In this document: positions 16,702 through 28,985 of the stretch, one piece after another | How positions within the stretch are numbered: position 1 is the first letter of the stretch | Layout: the number at the start of each line of letters is the position of its first letter | Assembly: GCF_009914755.1 (NCBI RefSeq) | Contig: NC_060928.1 | Source: the human T2T-CHM13v2.0 reference genome, Homo sapiens | Length of the DNA stretch: 64,000 nt | Direction: 5' to 3' (one strand) | Translations under genes and position numbers: made by a program | The notes under the pieces: generated by a model | What the model was told of the DNA's origin: nothing | Database searches by the model: none | What the model saw: only the letters and a program-made list of their open reading frames with translations

Positions 16702-17424
16702 TGGGTCAGAGGGAGGTTGATTTGTGAAGCAAATTGCTTTCAACAGGCCTAGGGCCGATTTGATTTGTTTCAGTGCTCCGGGGTGCTCATTTTTGTGTGA
16801 AGCATCTTTGAAATCTGAGAGTGTTTTTGGTTTGTAGACCAACTACGGGTGTATGGAGCAGGATAAGTAAAGGACTAACCTGTTCTGGTTATTCTTAATG
16901 ATAAGCGTGCCTCCTGAGACATATGAGTGTCTATATGGATGTAATACCACTAAGACATTTTTTTGCCCCTTAGCCCTTTTTTAGTCTGATTACAGGCTTC
17001 CAAGGCACACCTGGTCAAGATCTAATAAAGCCAATCAACTTAGTTCTGGGTCAGTACTATGGAGCTGTTTGTGCTGGAATAAAATGCTATGGTGCACCAT
17101 TCTCTTGTTTCTGAACATAAATTGGATATTTGAGAAATGCATTAAGATTATTTGAAATTTTGGGAATGATGTTGAGCACATTTGAAAATTTTTATCCTTC
17201 TTGGTAGTTCCTGGAGGTGTTTCATGTTTTAATTGCATTCTAAACGTGGGGAAATTCCTTTAGAGCTCAGATTTGAGCCACTTCTCTCTAGTGACTCACT
17301 AATAATTACTTTGTTTTTGGGTTTATCAGTAAAGAAAAAAAGGTTAAGGGTCAAGAGTAAAGTGTTGCTAATTGTTTTTTGCCTTGCTGTGATTCATCAC
17401 TGTATGCTACTTTTTTTTTTCTGA

Positions 17425-17565
<141 letters not shown>

Positions 17566-17779
17566 TGAGTATACCTTGGGAGTTAATCCCGAAGATAGTC
17601 ATGAAAGGCTAGGCTGCATAGGCTTGGAGTGGCAAGTTGATATTGTAATATCTTTGGTGAATGTGCCCCAGTGATGCTTCTTGGGGGATGAGGAGGTGCT
17701 GGAGATATGCACATTCTGTAATTTTTCAAATGGTTTTTCTGTGGCTGGATATTTCCAGTTCTTCAGCATTATAAACCAA

Positions 17780-18730
17780 TCAATCTAGGAGCTGAGGTTG
17801 CAGCACCAAGCATGTCTGGCCTGGATGCTGTCCTCATGGAGCTTACCTTCCAGTGTAAGACAGAAAATCAACATGTACACAAAAAAATAAATAAGGTACT
17901 TCACAATCATGATAAGCGCTGTGTAGAAAAGAAACCACTGAGGGAGAATAAGTGGGTGGGCAGTGGCCATGGAAATGCTACTATAGGTAGGGTGGTCAGG
18001 AAGGTCTCTGCAAAGATATCATGGTGAGCAGGACCCAGGACCAGCCTTGGGAAGAGCTGAGGGAACAGTCAGGGTGAAGACTGAGGCAGGATCCATCTTG
18101 GTGTGCCTGGAGCATGGGGGGCCAAAGAGCAACTGGTAAGAAAGGAAGTCAAGGATGGGAACCTGATCATAGAGAGCTCCATTTTATCCAGTTGTGATTG
18201 GAAGCCACTGGAGGATTTTAAACAGGATAGTGATCTGGAAGAACAGATTCTCAGGGGCAAGAGTGGGAGCCAGGAGGCAGAGATGATAGGTGGAATAGCA
18301 CAGATGAGAGATGACAATGGGAACAGTGGAGATGGTGAGAAGAGGACAAACTCAGGAACTATTTTAGAATAGAACCAACAGAACTTACAATAGTTTAGAT
18401 GTCAGGGGAGGGGAAGGAAGAATCAAGGGTGATGTCTAGGTTTTTGACCTGAGTACCCGCTAAGAGATGATACCCTTTAATGGAATGGGAACCATCAGGA
18501 GACCTTTAGGTTTGTGCTAAGTGTGAGATACCCCAAGACAGTCAAGTCATGCCCAGTAGGCAGTTGGGTATGGCCTGGAGGGCTGAGAAGGACAGACCAG
18601 GCTGGAGATGTACCTTCAGCTATCATCGTATAGAGATAGACCTGTCTCAGAGACTCCATGAAGGTGACAGAGAATGCGTCTAGCTATGGAAGAGAAGCCT
18701 GCCAAGGACTGAGCTCTGTGGCTTAGAGTG
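17780..18730 (+). mobile_element. L2 fragment
   Basis: CTCATGGAGCTTACCTTCCAGTG and GGAAGCCACTGGAGGATTTTAAACAGG L2 motifs. Confidence 0.65.
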
Positions 18731-19169
18731 AGGTGGAATGCCTTTTCATATGCCTATAGGACAGTTTTTCATTTCTAATTTTGTAAGTTGTTACTCCATG
18801 TTCTAGCTGGCAAGATTGTACCTTCCCATATGTGTTGATTAATATTAGAATTGTTTATGCAAATGTGTTGCCAGAGTAACTGCAAATACAATGGGTTTTT
18901 TGTATTACTAATGCTGCCCTTTTCATGTGTCCATAGCACTTATTAAAACAGAGTTGATGGTGTTTCCTTAGTGACACAGTGAGACATGCTATCAGATGAA
19001 ATGATCTGACAAATGGACTGCCATATAAGTCTCTGCCGCATTGCTTTGAATGTCCCTTGGTGGGATGTGTGCAGTGGGACACATCCCTTTTTAATGCATT
19101 TGCTTAGTCCCAGTGCATGGTAGAATGGGACTGACAATGATGCCCATGTCTCTTTTCATTCCAATACAG

Positions 19170-19319
19170 GATTATGGCTTTGTCAAGATACCCAATTGTG
19201 AAATCTGAGCATCACCTTCTTCCGTCACCAGAGGGCGAGATCGCACCAGCCATCACATTGACCGTTAACATTTCGGGCAAGCTGGTGGATTTTGTCGTGA
19301 CACACTTTGGGAACCACGA
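19170..19319 (+). CDS. CWH43: CWH43 coding exon (probably 12): [50 protein letters not shown]
   Basis: atacag acceptor, GA/gtgggt donor, 150 bp; matches the start of ORF 19174..19611. Confidence 0.95.
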
Positions 19320-21249
19320 GTGGGTTTCTTTGGCCCACCTAATATTACACAAATGCCAAGAAATGTTATTAACAATGTACTTTGATTTCTATGAAATCAC
19401 CTTTCTCATTTTCTTCTTTTTTACCTCCCAAAGTATTTCTCCCTGCGTTGCTGGTTTTAAAAATCAGACAGAAGCATTTAAGATGCAGGCAGCCGTTAGT
19501 GCTGGTGTAGGGACAGGCCGTGTTAGTCTGCATTTACTGAGCTGTACAGTCAATTCCCTGTGCAGGGGCTGTCCAAAGTGCATTACTGTGTTTGCTCTTC
19601 ACTCTGTGTAGGGTAAGCACTCTTAGAGCCCCGTTTTGCAGGTAAAGAAACTAGGCTTAGAGAGGTCAGACAACCCATCCAACCAGGAGCAAGCACACAG
19701 CCAGGGCATAGGCAGTCCCAAACCCAGGGTTACAAGTGCTTGCAACCACACAATAAACCAGACAACAGAAAAAGAAATTTCCTTTTCCTGCAGGATTACT
19801 GCTACAAATGGAAGTACTGTTGGGATTTGAGGTTGTTAAATGACATCTCTTCTCTCCCTCATGTTTTCACAAACAACAGATAGGCAGAGGAATCTGGAAG
19901 AGGGAGATCAAAATATCACTTTGAATACTGATAAGCCTATTTGGACAACCTGGCTTAAGTGCCCATATGGACTTGTGAATACATGCCTAAATATACACGA
20001 AACTGACTCCCCCTAAATGGTGGGCCTACCCTGCTTGCCCTGGCAAGCTCTCTCCTTGATGGAAAGAAGAGGACGGAAAACAGCCTGTCTGCAAACTGGC
20101 AGCTTCCAAGGAGAATAGAAAAGAAGGATTTGAGACAAGCACGTGAAGTTAATTTCAAGATTATTGAATTAGAAAAGTCCTCCCAAAAAGTAAAGAATGG
20201 GGAGAGAGGCCAGTGATGGTTTTCTAAAGAAGTCCCTCTACACGCAACATGAAGAGTGGGGAATGAGTTTTATCCCCAAAGAATAACATTTACAACCAGT
20301 GACAGTACTGAATAAATCATGAATAATCCCAGCAATATATTGTAAAAGCAAACATAAAAGTATGTAACTTATACTTGACCATACTAAACCACAATAATTT
20401 AAACATGAATATAAAGAGCTATGTGCTATGACATTCACATGCAAGCTTTGCCTGCATTAATGACATGAGGCCACAGAACTTTAAAGAGACATACTTTAGG
20501 AAAACAACGTTGTTGTACTATAAGTTTTATTTAAACAAATTGGTGTGTGTGCCACTCTTATTTCCCTGGTTACCTCACTGTTTCTAACACTATTATGTGA
20601 ATCCGTGAAAGCATATTTGAATATTTTCTTAAAAAACTCAGATCATAAATAATATAAATAAACCATCCAAATATAATTAATATGAACCATTTATGAACCA
20701 GACTCTTGCTTACCTCCTTAGAAATAAGAAGAGTGTTTGGAGGATGGATGATATAGATGGTTCATATCTCTTAAAAAAGCTGTTTGAAGAAATGCTTTCT
20801 TTTTTTCCCAGTGATTTTCATGTAGCAAGTACAGGCATTCAGAAATCATTCCCATGACCTTATGTTGTACTTAACATTGGGTTTATCTTTAAAAAAAATA
20901 ATACTTTCATGTTTAAAGGTTGCAAGTTCTCAACCTAAGAAACAGTTTAACTCCTTCCCTTTTTTCCTTTGCCTTTTTCCCCGTCTCCTTTAACTCTCTC
21001 CAATATATCCCAAAATGTAAAGAATAGGTTTGAAAAGGAAGAGAAAGCTAAAAGAGAGCCCTAGGAATATGCTTGGAAAAGAGGAGGGAAGGATTGCCTT
21101 TTCTCACTTTCTGTTAACCACCTACTTAAAGCTCTCTGGATAACACCATATCCTTTACTTGCTGTCTTGCTCATTTGATTCAATAATAATGACAACAATA
21201 GCAGTAACAATAATAGTGAACACTTATTGATGATACATAACTCCAGGAA

Positions 21250-21480
21250 TGAAGGCAGTGTAATTTAATGATTAAGAGCATGGGATTCCAGAACCTGGAA
21301 TCAGACAATCTGGTTTGAAATCTAATTCATTAACTAGCTGTGTATCCTTTGCTGAGTTTCTTAACTACCTTGAGCTTTAGTTTTCTCATCTGTAAATCAG
21401 TGCAATAGTCCTACCTATTTCATGGGGTTCTTGTGCCCATATTACCTCATGCAAAGTACATGAATGTAGTATGTGCTCAA
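21250..21480 (+). mobile_element. MIR
   Basis: TAACTAGCTGTGTATCC...GTTTTCTCATCTGTAAA core. Confidence 0.65.
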
Positions 21481-22509
21481 TTAACACTGGCCATTACTAA
21501 ACCAAATCAGACAACTATGAATATAAGGTATATTGGGCAGCTTAAAAAATAATCCATTTGTCAAACATGAATCAAGCATCTGACATGTCCCAAGCACACA
21601 GCTAGACTCATTCCTTGCTTTAGGAACCACTGCTCTGAGCCACTCCCCAGAAGTACTGTCTGGGACACTGTAGCCTCCCAACAAGCGACATAGGAAAGTT
21701 AACACCTTGAATAATTTGTGACGTGATCACGACATGTTTTATTTGTCTTTGTTTTCTACAGTACTAGATACACAAATTCTTACTGTGAATAAATATTTAG
21801 AGATTTCGTTTTCCAGTGATTATGGCATATAAATGTGAAAATCCTATTAGGAATGAATAATTTCTAATGCTTGTGCATGTTATTAGCTGATTCAACAAGA
21901 TTTTAAAAAGTACTGACTGCACAAATATGTCTTTTACAACCACTAAATAGGAAATAGCAGCATTTTTTAGAAGTCACTCAGGCAAACACCATAATGAAAA
22001 TTGATATTATTTTAGGTAATTAACTGAGCCACTAATCACCATTTAAAGAAATCTATAACATGCATCATATACAAAGAGGAGAGAACACAGAATCCATAGT
22101 CTGACACTATGTGACACAGAACCTATGTTCTAGATTTGGTTCCGTGGCGGTTAACCTTGGTAAGTTCCAGTTCTTGTGTCTCTGGAAATGGGATAAAATT
22201 CTCTTTTCCAGCTTACTTTATAGGGTTATTGGACCAACAAAATATTAACAGATAAGAAAACATAAAGCATATGTGAGCTCTCTCTCTTTCTGTCTTGACC
22301 TCTTTCCTTATACATATACTTTTTACTTTTATTACTCTCACTAGGTAAGATTTATCTCCTGAGAAAATGTAAAACCAAATTCACAGATTACTTCCAGTTA
22401 GAATATATTGGATTGGAATCCAATATATTCTACTAAAATATATTGGATTGAAAACACTGCCTGTGGTTAGTAGCTTTGGAATTTTCTGGATCTGGATTTG
22501 AATCCTTGT

Positions 22510-23730
22510 TGTAGGTATCAGAAGGAATAGAATTCCCTGCAGACCTAATGAAAGAACTACTTAACAAGATGCTGGAGGGACCCATGGAACAAATAAGAGA
22601 GGCTGAGGCACTCAGACACTAGTTAACAGTGGGGAATCATTACCTGCCTTAAGGCCGAAGGAACAGGCAGAGAAAACAGTGTTCCCAGAGCCCAGTGAGA
22701 CCCAGAACCAGGACAAGGGACCACCTGGCATAGAATGCAGCTACTGCCAGAGGGACTGGGGAAGGAATCCCTGAATGTTGCTCTTCTCCCAACGTTTAAT
22801 CTCCCATTGATGCCTCCGATTGGCCAAACCTAACTGGAAACCAGCAGAGAAGGAAGTCCAGGAGATGAAATCTGCAGGGGTCAGCCTCTCAGGGCATAGA
22901 GAAAGGACAGAGGATGAATGTGGGCTGGGGAAATGAAAAATAACCATAGGCATATTAGCCTCATTTAAAAATAGAGCTACCACCTGCCTTCTGTTGTGAG
23001 AATTCAGTAGCAAAGGGGTTTAACAAATGGCCGTCCTTTTCACTCTTTTATTTCTTGAGACATCTTTTAATAGCCCTCAGCTATTTTTATCCAATTCAGT
23101 CCTGTCTTGAGATCCTAACTCAACAAGGTTTCTCCAGTCTTCTCAGTGCTTGGTGATCTTCTATTTTTCTTTGTCATTTTCCCCCTTAACACTCATGTAT
23201 TAGCTACCTTTCTATGTAAATACCTGTGTTTGACTACTGCCTATCTGTTCTGGGCACCATTCCTTGCTCTTACTCTCAGCTATGCATTGCAGAGAACTGC
23301 ATTTCCCACAGTCCCTTGCCTTCTGGCTTCTGGGTAGGTTTAGCCAATGGGAGGCACTAGTGCAAGGTTGGAGGGAGTAGAGAAGCGAGTGTATTTCTCT
23401 CCTTCTCTCTCTGCTTCCTCTGGTGTCTCTGGGAGGAGCTGAGTCTCTTCTGCGGCTCCAGCTCTTCTTTGTATGGTCCCAGCTCCTCTGGGAAGCCTCC
23501 TCCATTGCTACATCTCCCACTAGTCGGTGCTGGCTTCTGGACTCTGATAATATCACCTCCTCTTGTTTTCCCTGTAGCTGTAGAGGTGGTACTGGTTTCT
23601 TATTGTTATTAATCTCTGATTGCCTCATTGACTCCTATCTGGCTTCCCATCGCCTAGCTAACCAATTCCCTATATTAAGTTCACTTTGTTTGAAACATCT
23701 AGGGTGTTTCTGTTTTCCTGGCTGGATCAT
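22510..23730. mobile_element. Two old ERVL (LTR33/LTR16-like) LTRs in opposite orientations (about 22510-22940 minus; 23240-23730 plus)
   Basis: ATTGGCCAAACC versus GGTTTAGCCAATGGGAGGCAC motif; TGTTTCTGTTTTCCTG terminus. Confidence 0.55.
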
Positions 23731-23892
23731 GTAAAATATGATGTCCTATTTTCCCCTAAACTCCCCAGAAGCTTGATGTACCCACCTAAGTATCTCAGTT
23801 ATAGGTTTACAGTGCTTAGCATAATAAAAGCACCATGTTCAGCTGGTGTTTGAGCAGGAGAGCCAAGGAGGCTTTCAGAAAGTGTTCAGTTG

Positions 23893-24187
23893 GGCTGGGC
23901 GCAGTGGCTCACGCCTGTAATCCCAGCACTTTGGGAAACAAGGTGGGTGGATTGCTTGAGGCCAGGAATTCAAGACCAGCCTGCCCAACATGCAAAATGC
24001 TGTCTCTACTAAAAATACAAAAATTAAGTTGGGCATGGTAGTGTGCACCTGTCATGCCAGTTACTCAGGAGGCTGAGGCAGGAGAATTGCATGAATGCGG
24101 GAGGTGGAGGTTCCAGTGAGCCGAGATTGTGCCATTGCACTCCAGTCCGGGTGTCAGTGTGAGACTCTGTCTCAAAAAAAAAAAAAA
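23893..24187 (+). mobile_element. Alu (AluS)
   Basis: Full Alu with poly(A); TSD AAAGTGTTCAGTT. Confidence 0.92.
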
Positions 24188-24639
24188 GTGTTCAGTTGAA
24201 GGAGCTTAGGTTACATAAGCCTGATGGGCTCTGTGAATGTCAGGATTCTTCATCTTACCAGTATTCCTGGCTCTTTTTACTTTTTTAAACTACTAATTCT
24301 TTAGCTGTAATACTGATGGTGAGTTATCACGTTAGTGATTTCATTTCTTCTGATGAAAAGTTGAACAATGCTGTATTTAGAGTAGATCTTTAAATTGACT
24401 TGACTCCAAATGACTTGTGAAGAAAGGTCATGTTCTTAGCCAAATGTCTGTCAGCCTATTCATTTGAAGTGCTGTATCTAGGTCTTGTTCATTTGTATAA
24501 TGTTAAGACAGTTGCCCGAGTAGGAATGACTCTGGGCTTCTTCACTATATGCAGATAGTCTTTGGCAACTTAGGTACCTAAGGCTTTTTAAAGTTTGTTT
24601 TACAAATACAATAAAGGGTCATATTTTTACATTTTTTAG

Positions 24640-24784
24640 AGATGACCTCGACAGGAAACTGCAGGCTATTGCTGTTTCAAAACTACTGAAAAGTAGCTCT
24701 AATCAAGTGATATTTCTGGGATATATCACTTCAGCACCTGGCTCCAGAGATTATCTACAGCTCACTGAACATGGCAATGTGAAG
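24640..24784 (+). CDS. CWH43: CWH43 coding exon (probably 13): [48 protein letters not shown]
   Basis: attttttag acceptor, AAG/gtaaca donor, 145 bp. Confidence 0.95.
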
Positions 24785-24879
24785 GTAACATAATCTTAAT
24801 AGGATTTCTAATTTATTAAGTAAAACATTTCTTTTTCTTTCATGTTTTTAAAAAAACCAACCTCACCTAAAAATTTCAT

Positions 24880-25362
24880 GTGCAGTCTATCTACTGCTGC
24901 CTAGAAAATCACCACAAAACATGTGAGCTTAAAACAACAGCAATCATCTATTTGCTCATGAATCTCCAATGTGGACAGGGCTCAATGGGGGTAGCTCATC
25001 TCTGTTCCATGCAGGGTCAACTAGGTGTCTCAACCAAGGACTGGAGGATCTACTTCATAGGTGATTTATAGGTCGCAAGTTGTGCTTTAGGCTTGGGACC
25101 CTGGTTCCTCGCCATGGGCTACTTAGGCTTCCTCCCTGCATGGTGCTGGCTTTCAATAGTGAAAATCCCAAGAGAACCAGAAAAAATCTGTTTTGCTTTG
25201 TATGGCATAGCCTTGTAAGTCATATACTGTTACTTCCACTGTCATCACAATTCTGATCACATTAAATTCTTGATGGGAGGAATATCAAAAACACAAGATA
25301 AGAATACTAATGGAAAGTGAGATTTTGTTGTAGCCATGTTTAGAAAACACAATCTGCCACAT
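24880..25362 (-). mobile_element. MLT1 (H/G-like) MaLR LTR
   Basis: CTTAAAACAACA...TTTGCTCATGAATCT...CAATCTGCCACA pattern. Confidence 0.65.
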
Positions 25363-25380
25363 TATGAAAGTTAATTATGG

Positions 25381-25771
<391 letters not shown>

Positions 25772-25907
25772 CTAATTAGCCAACAGGGCCCCAGCAGATG
25801 ACACTGAATTACTCTACCTTTTCAGGTCTGAAACACTTGAATTTGTCAGTGTACCAGAATATAATCATGTTCTGGGGAACTGCCACACAAATCAAATTCT
25901 CAGGAGA

Positions 25908-25966
<59 letters not shown>

Positions 25967-26083
25967 TGATGTATATATATACTGATATATATATACTGAT
26001 GTATATATATACTGATATATATATACACACTGATATATATATATACTGATATATATATACACTTATATATATATATATATACT
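25908..26083. repeat. (TA)n microsatellite grading into a CTGAT(G/A)(TA)n minisatellite
   Basis: Directly visible. Confidence 0.95.
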
Positions 26084-26358
26084 ATAATGCCAAATGAATT
26101 AATTTAGAATGAGAAATATGATTGTTATGTTTAGTTATGCCCTATGCAGATGTCTTGGTCCCTTTCATTCCATTTTCAACTTCATGTCTTGAGATAATAT
26201 CTGCAGAGAAAAAATCTTATCCGTCTTATGTTGATTTTACTACTTTAACTCTTCTTAGGGTGTAACATTATTTACAGAGTTTGGATGACAGGTTAAAGAG
26301 CATGGCATGATGAGAATTTTCTGCATGTGACAGAAAATAACAGAGAGTGTATTTCTTT

Positions 26359-28269
26359 TTTTTTCTGATTTTTTTAAAATTTTATTATTATTATACTTTA
26401 AGTTTTAGGGTACATGTGCACAATGTGCAGGTTTGTTACATATGTATACATGTGCCATGTTGGTATGCTGCACCCATTAACTCGTCATTTAACATTAGGT
26501 ATATCTCCTAATGCTATCCCTCCCCCGTCCCCACACCCCACAACAGTCTCCAGAGTGTGATGTTCCCCTTCCTGTGTCCATGTGTTCTCATTGTTCAGTT
26601 CCCACCAATGAGTGAGAACATGCGGTGTTTGGTTTTTTCTCCTTGCGATAGTTTGCTGAGAATGATGGTTTCCAGTTTCATCCATGTCCCTACAAAGGAC
26701 ATGAATTCATCATTTTTTATGGCTGCATAGTATTCCATGGTGTATATGTGCCACATTTTCTTAATCCAGTCTATCATTGTTGGACATTTGGGTTGGTTCC
26801 AAGTCTTTGCTATTGTGAATAGTGCCGCAATAAACATACGTGTGCATGTGTCTTAATAGCAGCATGATTTATAATCCTTTGGGTATATACCCAGTAATGG
26901 GGTGGCTGGGTCAAATGGTATTTCTAGTTCTAGATTCCTGAGGAATCGCCACACTGACTTCCACAATGGTTGAACTAGTTTACAGTCCCACCAACAGTGT
27001 AAAAGTGTTCCTATTTCTCCACATCCTCTCCAGCACCTGTCGTTTCCTGACTTTTTAATGATAGCCATTCTAACTGGTGTGAGATGGTATCTCATTGTGG
27101 TTTTGATTTGCATTTCTCTGATGGCCAGTGATGAGCATTTTTTCATGTGTCTTTTGGCTGCATAAATGTCTTCTTTTGAGAAGTGTCTGTTCATATCCTT
27201 GGCCCACTTTTTGATGGGGTTGTTTGTTTTTTTCTTGTAAATTTGTTTGAGTTCATTGTAGATTCTGGATATTAGCCCTTTGTCAGATGAGTAGGTTTTG
27301 AAAATTTTCTCCCATTCTGTAGGTTGCCTGTTCACTCTGATGGTAGTTTCCTTTGCTGTGCAGAAGCTCTTTAGTTTAATTAGATCCCATTTGTCAATTT
27401 TGGCTTTTGTTGCCATTGCTTTTGGTGTTTTAGACATGAAGTCCTTGCCCATGCCTATGTCCTGAATGGTATTGCCTAGGTTTTCTTCTAGGGTTTTTAT
27501 GGTTTTAGGTCTAACATTGAAGTCTTTAATCCATCTTGAATTAATTTTTGTATAAGATGTAAGGAAGGGATCCAGTTTCAGCTTTCTGCATATGGTTAGC
27601 CAGTTTTCCCAGCACCATTTATTAAACAGGGAATCCTTTCCCCATGGCTTGTTTTTGTCAGGTTTGTCAAAGATCAGATAGTTGTAAATATGTGGCATTA
27701 TTTCTGAGGGCTCTGTTCTCTTCCATTGATCTATATCTCTGTTTTGGTACCAGTACCATGCTGTTTTGGTTACTGTAGCCTTGTAGTATAGTTTGAAGTC
27801 AGGTAGCATGATGCTTCCAGCTTTGTTCTTTTGGCTTAGGATTGACTTGGCAATGCGGGCTCTTTTTTGGTTCCATATGAACTTTAAAGTAGTTTTTTCC
27901 AATTCTGTGAAGAAAGTCATTGGTAGCCTGATGGGGATGACATTGAATGTATAAATTACCTTGGGCAGTGTGGCCATTTTCACGATATTGATTCTTCCTA
28001 CCCATGAGCATGGAATGTTCTTCCATTTGTTTGTATCCTCTTTTATTTCCTTGAGCAGTGGTTTGTAGTTCTCCTTGAAGAGGTCCTTCACATCCCTTGT
28101 AAGTTGGATTCCTAAGTATTTTATTCTCTTTGAAGCAATTGTGAATGGGAGTTCACTCATGATTTGGCTCTCTGTTTGTCTATTATTGGTGTATAAGAAT
28201 GCTTGTGGTTTTTGTACATTGATTTTGTATCCTGAGACTTTGCTGAAGTTGCTCATCCGCTTAAGGAGA
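26359..28269 (-). mobile_element. 5'-truncated L1PA (about L1PA3-5), 1.9 kb, inserted in an old MLT1 LTR
   Basis: Open C-terminal ORF2 with CCHC knuckle [18 protein letters not shown], 3'UTR with GAG (non-Ta) diagnostic, TSD TGTATTTCTTT at 26348-26358 and 28270-28280. Confidence 0.95.
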
Positions 28270-28689
28270 TGTATTTCTTTATGTAAAAGTGTGGGCAGGT
28301 GAATCAGCACTGGAATGGCACTGTGTGGTGTTTGGAATCTGTGTTCTACCTTGTGGTTCCATTTGACAAGGACTCTGTTCCCAAACCAGCAGCCTTTAAG
28401 TTCTAGTTAGCAGGATAGAGGAAGGGATAAAGAAGGGGCCAAGAGCATATGCCAGTTCCTCTGAAGGCAAGTCCCAGAAACTGATCTGTAACACTTCTAC
28501 TTATATTTCACTGGCAGAAATTTAGTCTAATGGCCATACTTTGCTGTACAGAAAGTTGAGAGGTGCAATGTTTAGTCCTGATGGCCATATTCACAGCTAA
28601 AATACCATAATTTTGGAAGAAGGGTAAGGCAGATATTAGGAAGATGAGTTAGTCTCTGCATTTTTTGGATAGACAGAAATTAGAGTGTT

Positions 28690-28985
28690 AAAACAACAGC
28701 CGTCATCTATTTGCTCATGAATCTGGACTTCAGACAGGGCTCAATGGGGATAGTTCATGTCTGCTCCATGCAGGATCAGCTAGGAGGCTCAACTAGGGAC
28801 TGGAGGACCTACTCAGTAGATGAGTCACAGGTGGCAAATTGGTGCTTTGGGCTGTGGACCCGGGTTCCTCACCATGGGCTACTTGGGCCTCCTCTCTGCC
28901 TTGCAGCTGATTTCCAATAGTGAGTATCCCAAGAGAACAAGAAAAAGCCTGTATTGCCTTGTATAACTTAGCCTTGGAGCCACAG
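28690..28985 (-). mobile_element. MLT1 fragment closely resembling 24930-25225
   Basis: Colinear similarity seen by eye (TCATCTATTTGCTCATGAATCT, ACAGGGCTCAATGGGG, CCATGGGCTACTT, TCCCAAGAGAAC). Confidence 0.7.

Noticed and set aside
15797-16752. ORFs in the HERV-K LTR as viral genes
   Set aside because: Solo LTR with TSDs directly on both sides; no primer-binding site or internal sequence
25809-26030. (IY)n ORF
   Set aside because: Translation of a TA microsatellite
26853-28310. 485-aa ORF as a novel or domesticated gene
   Set aside because: It is the C-terminal part of L1 ORF2 in a young truncated copy; the start is a non-ATG codon in flanking DNA, EN and the RT core are missing, and openness is plausible at this age
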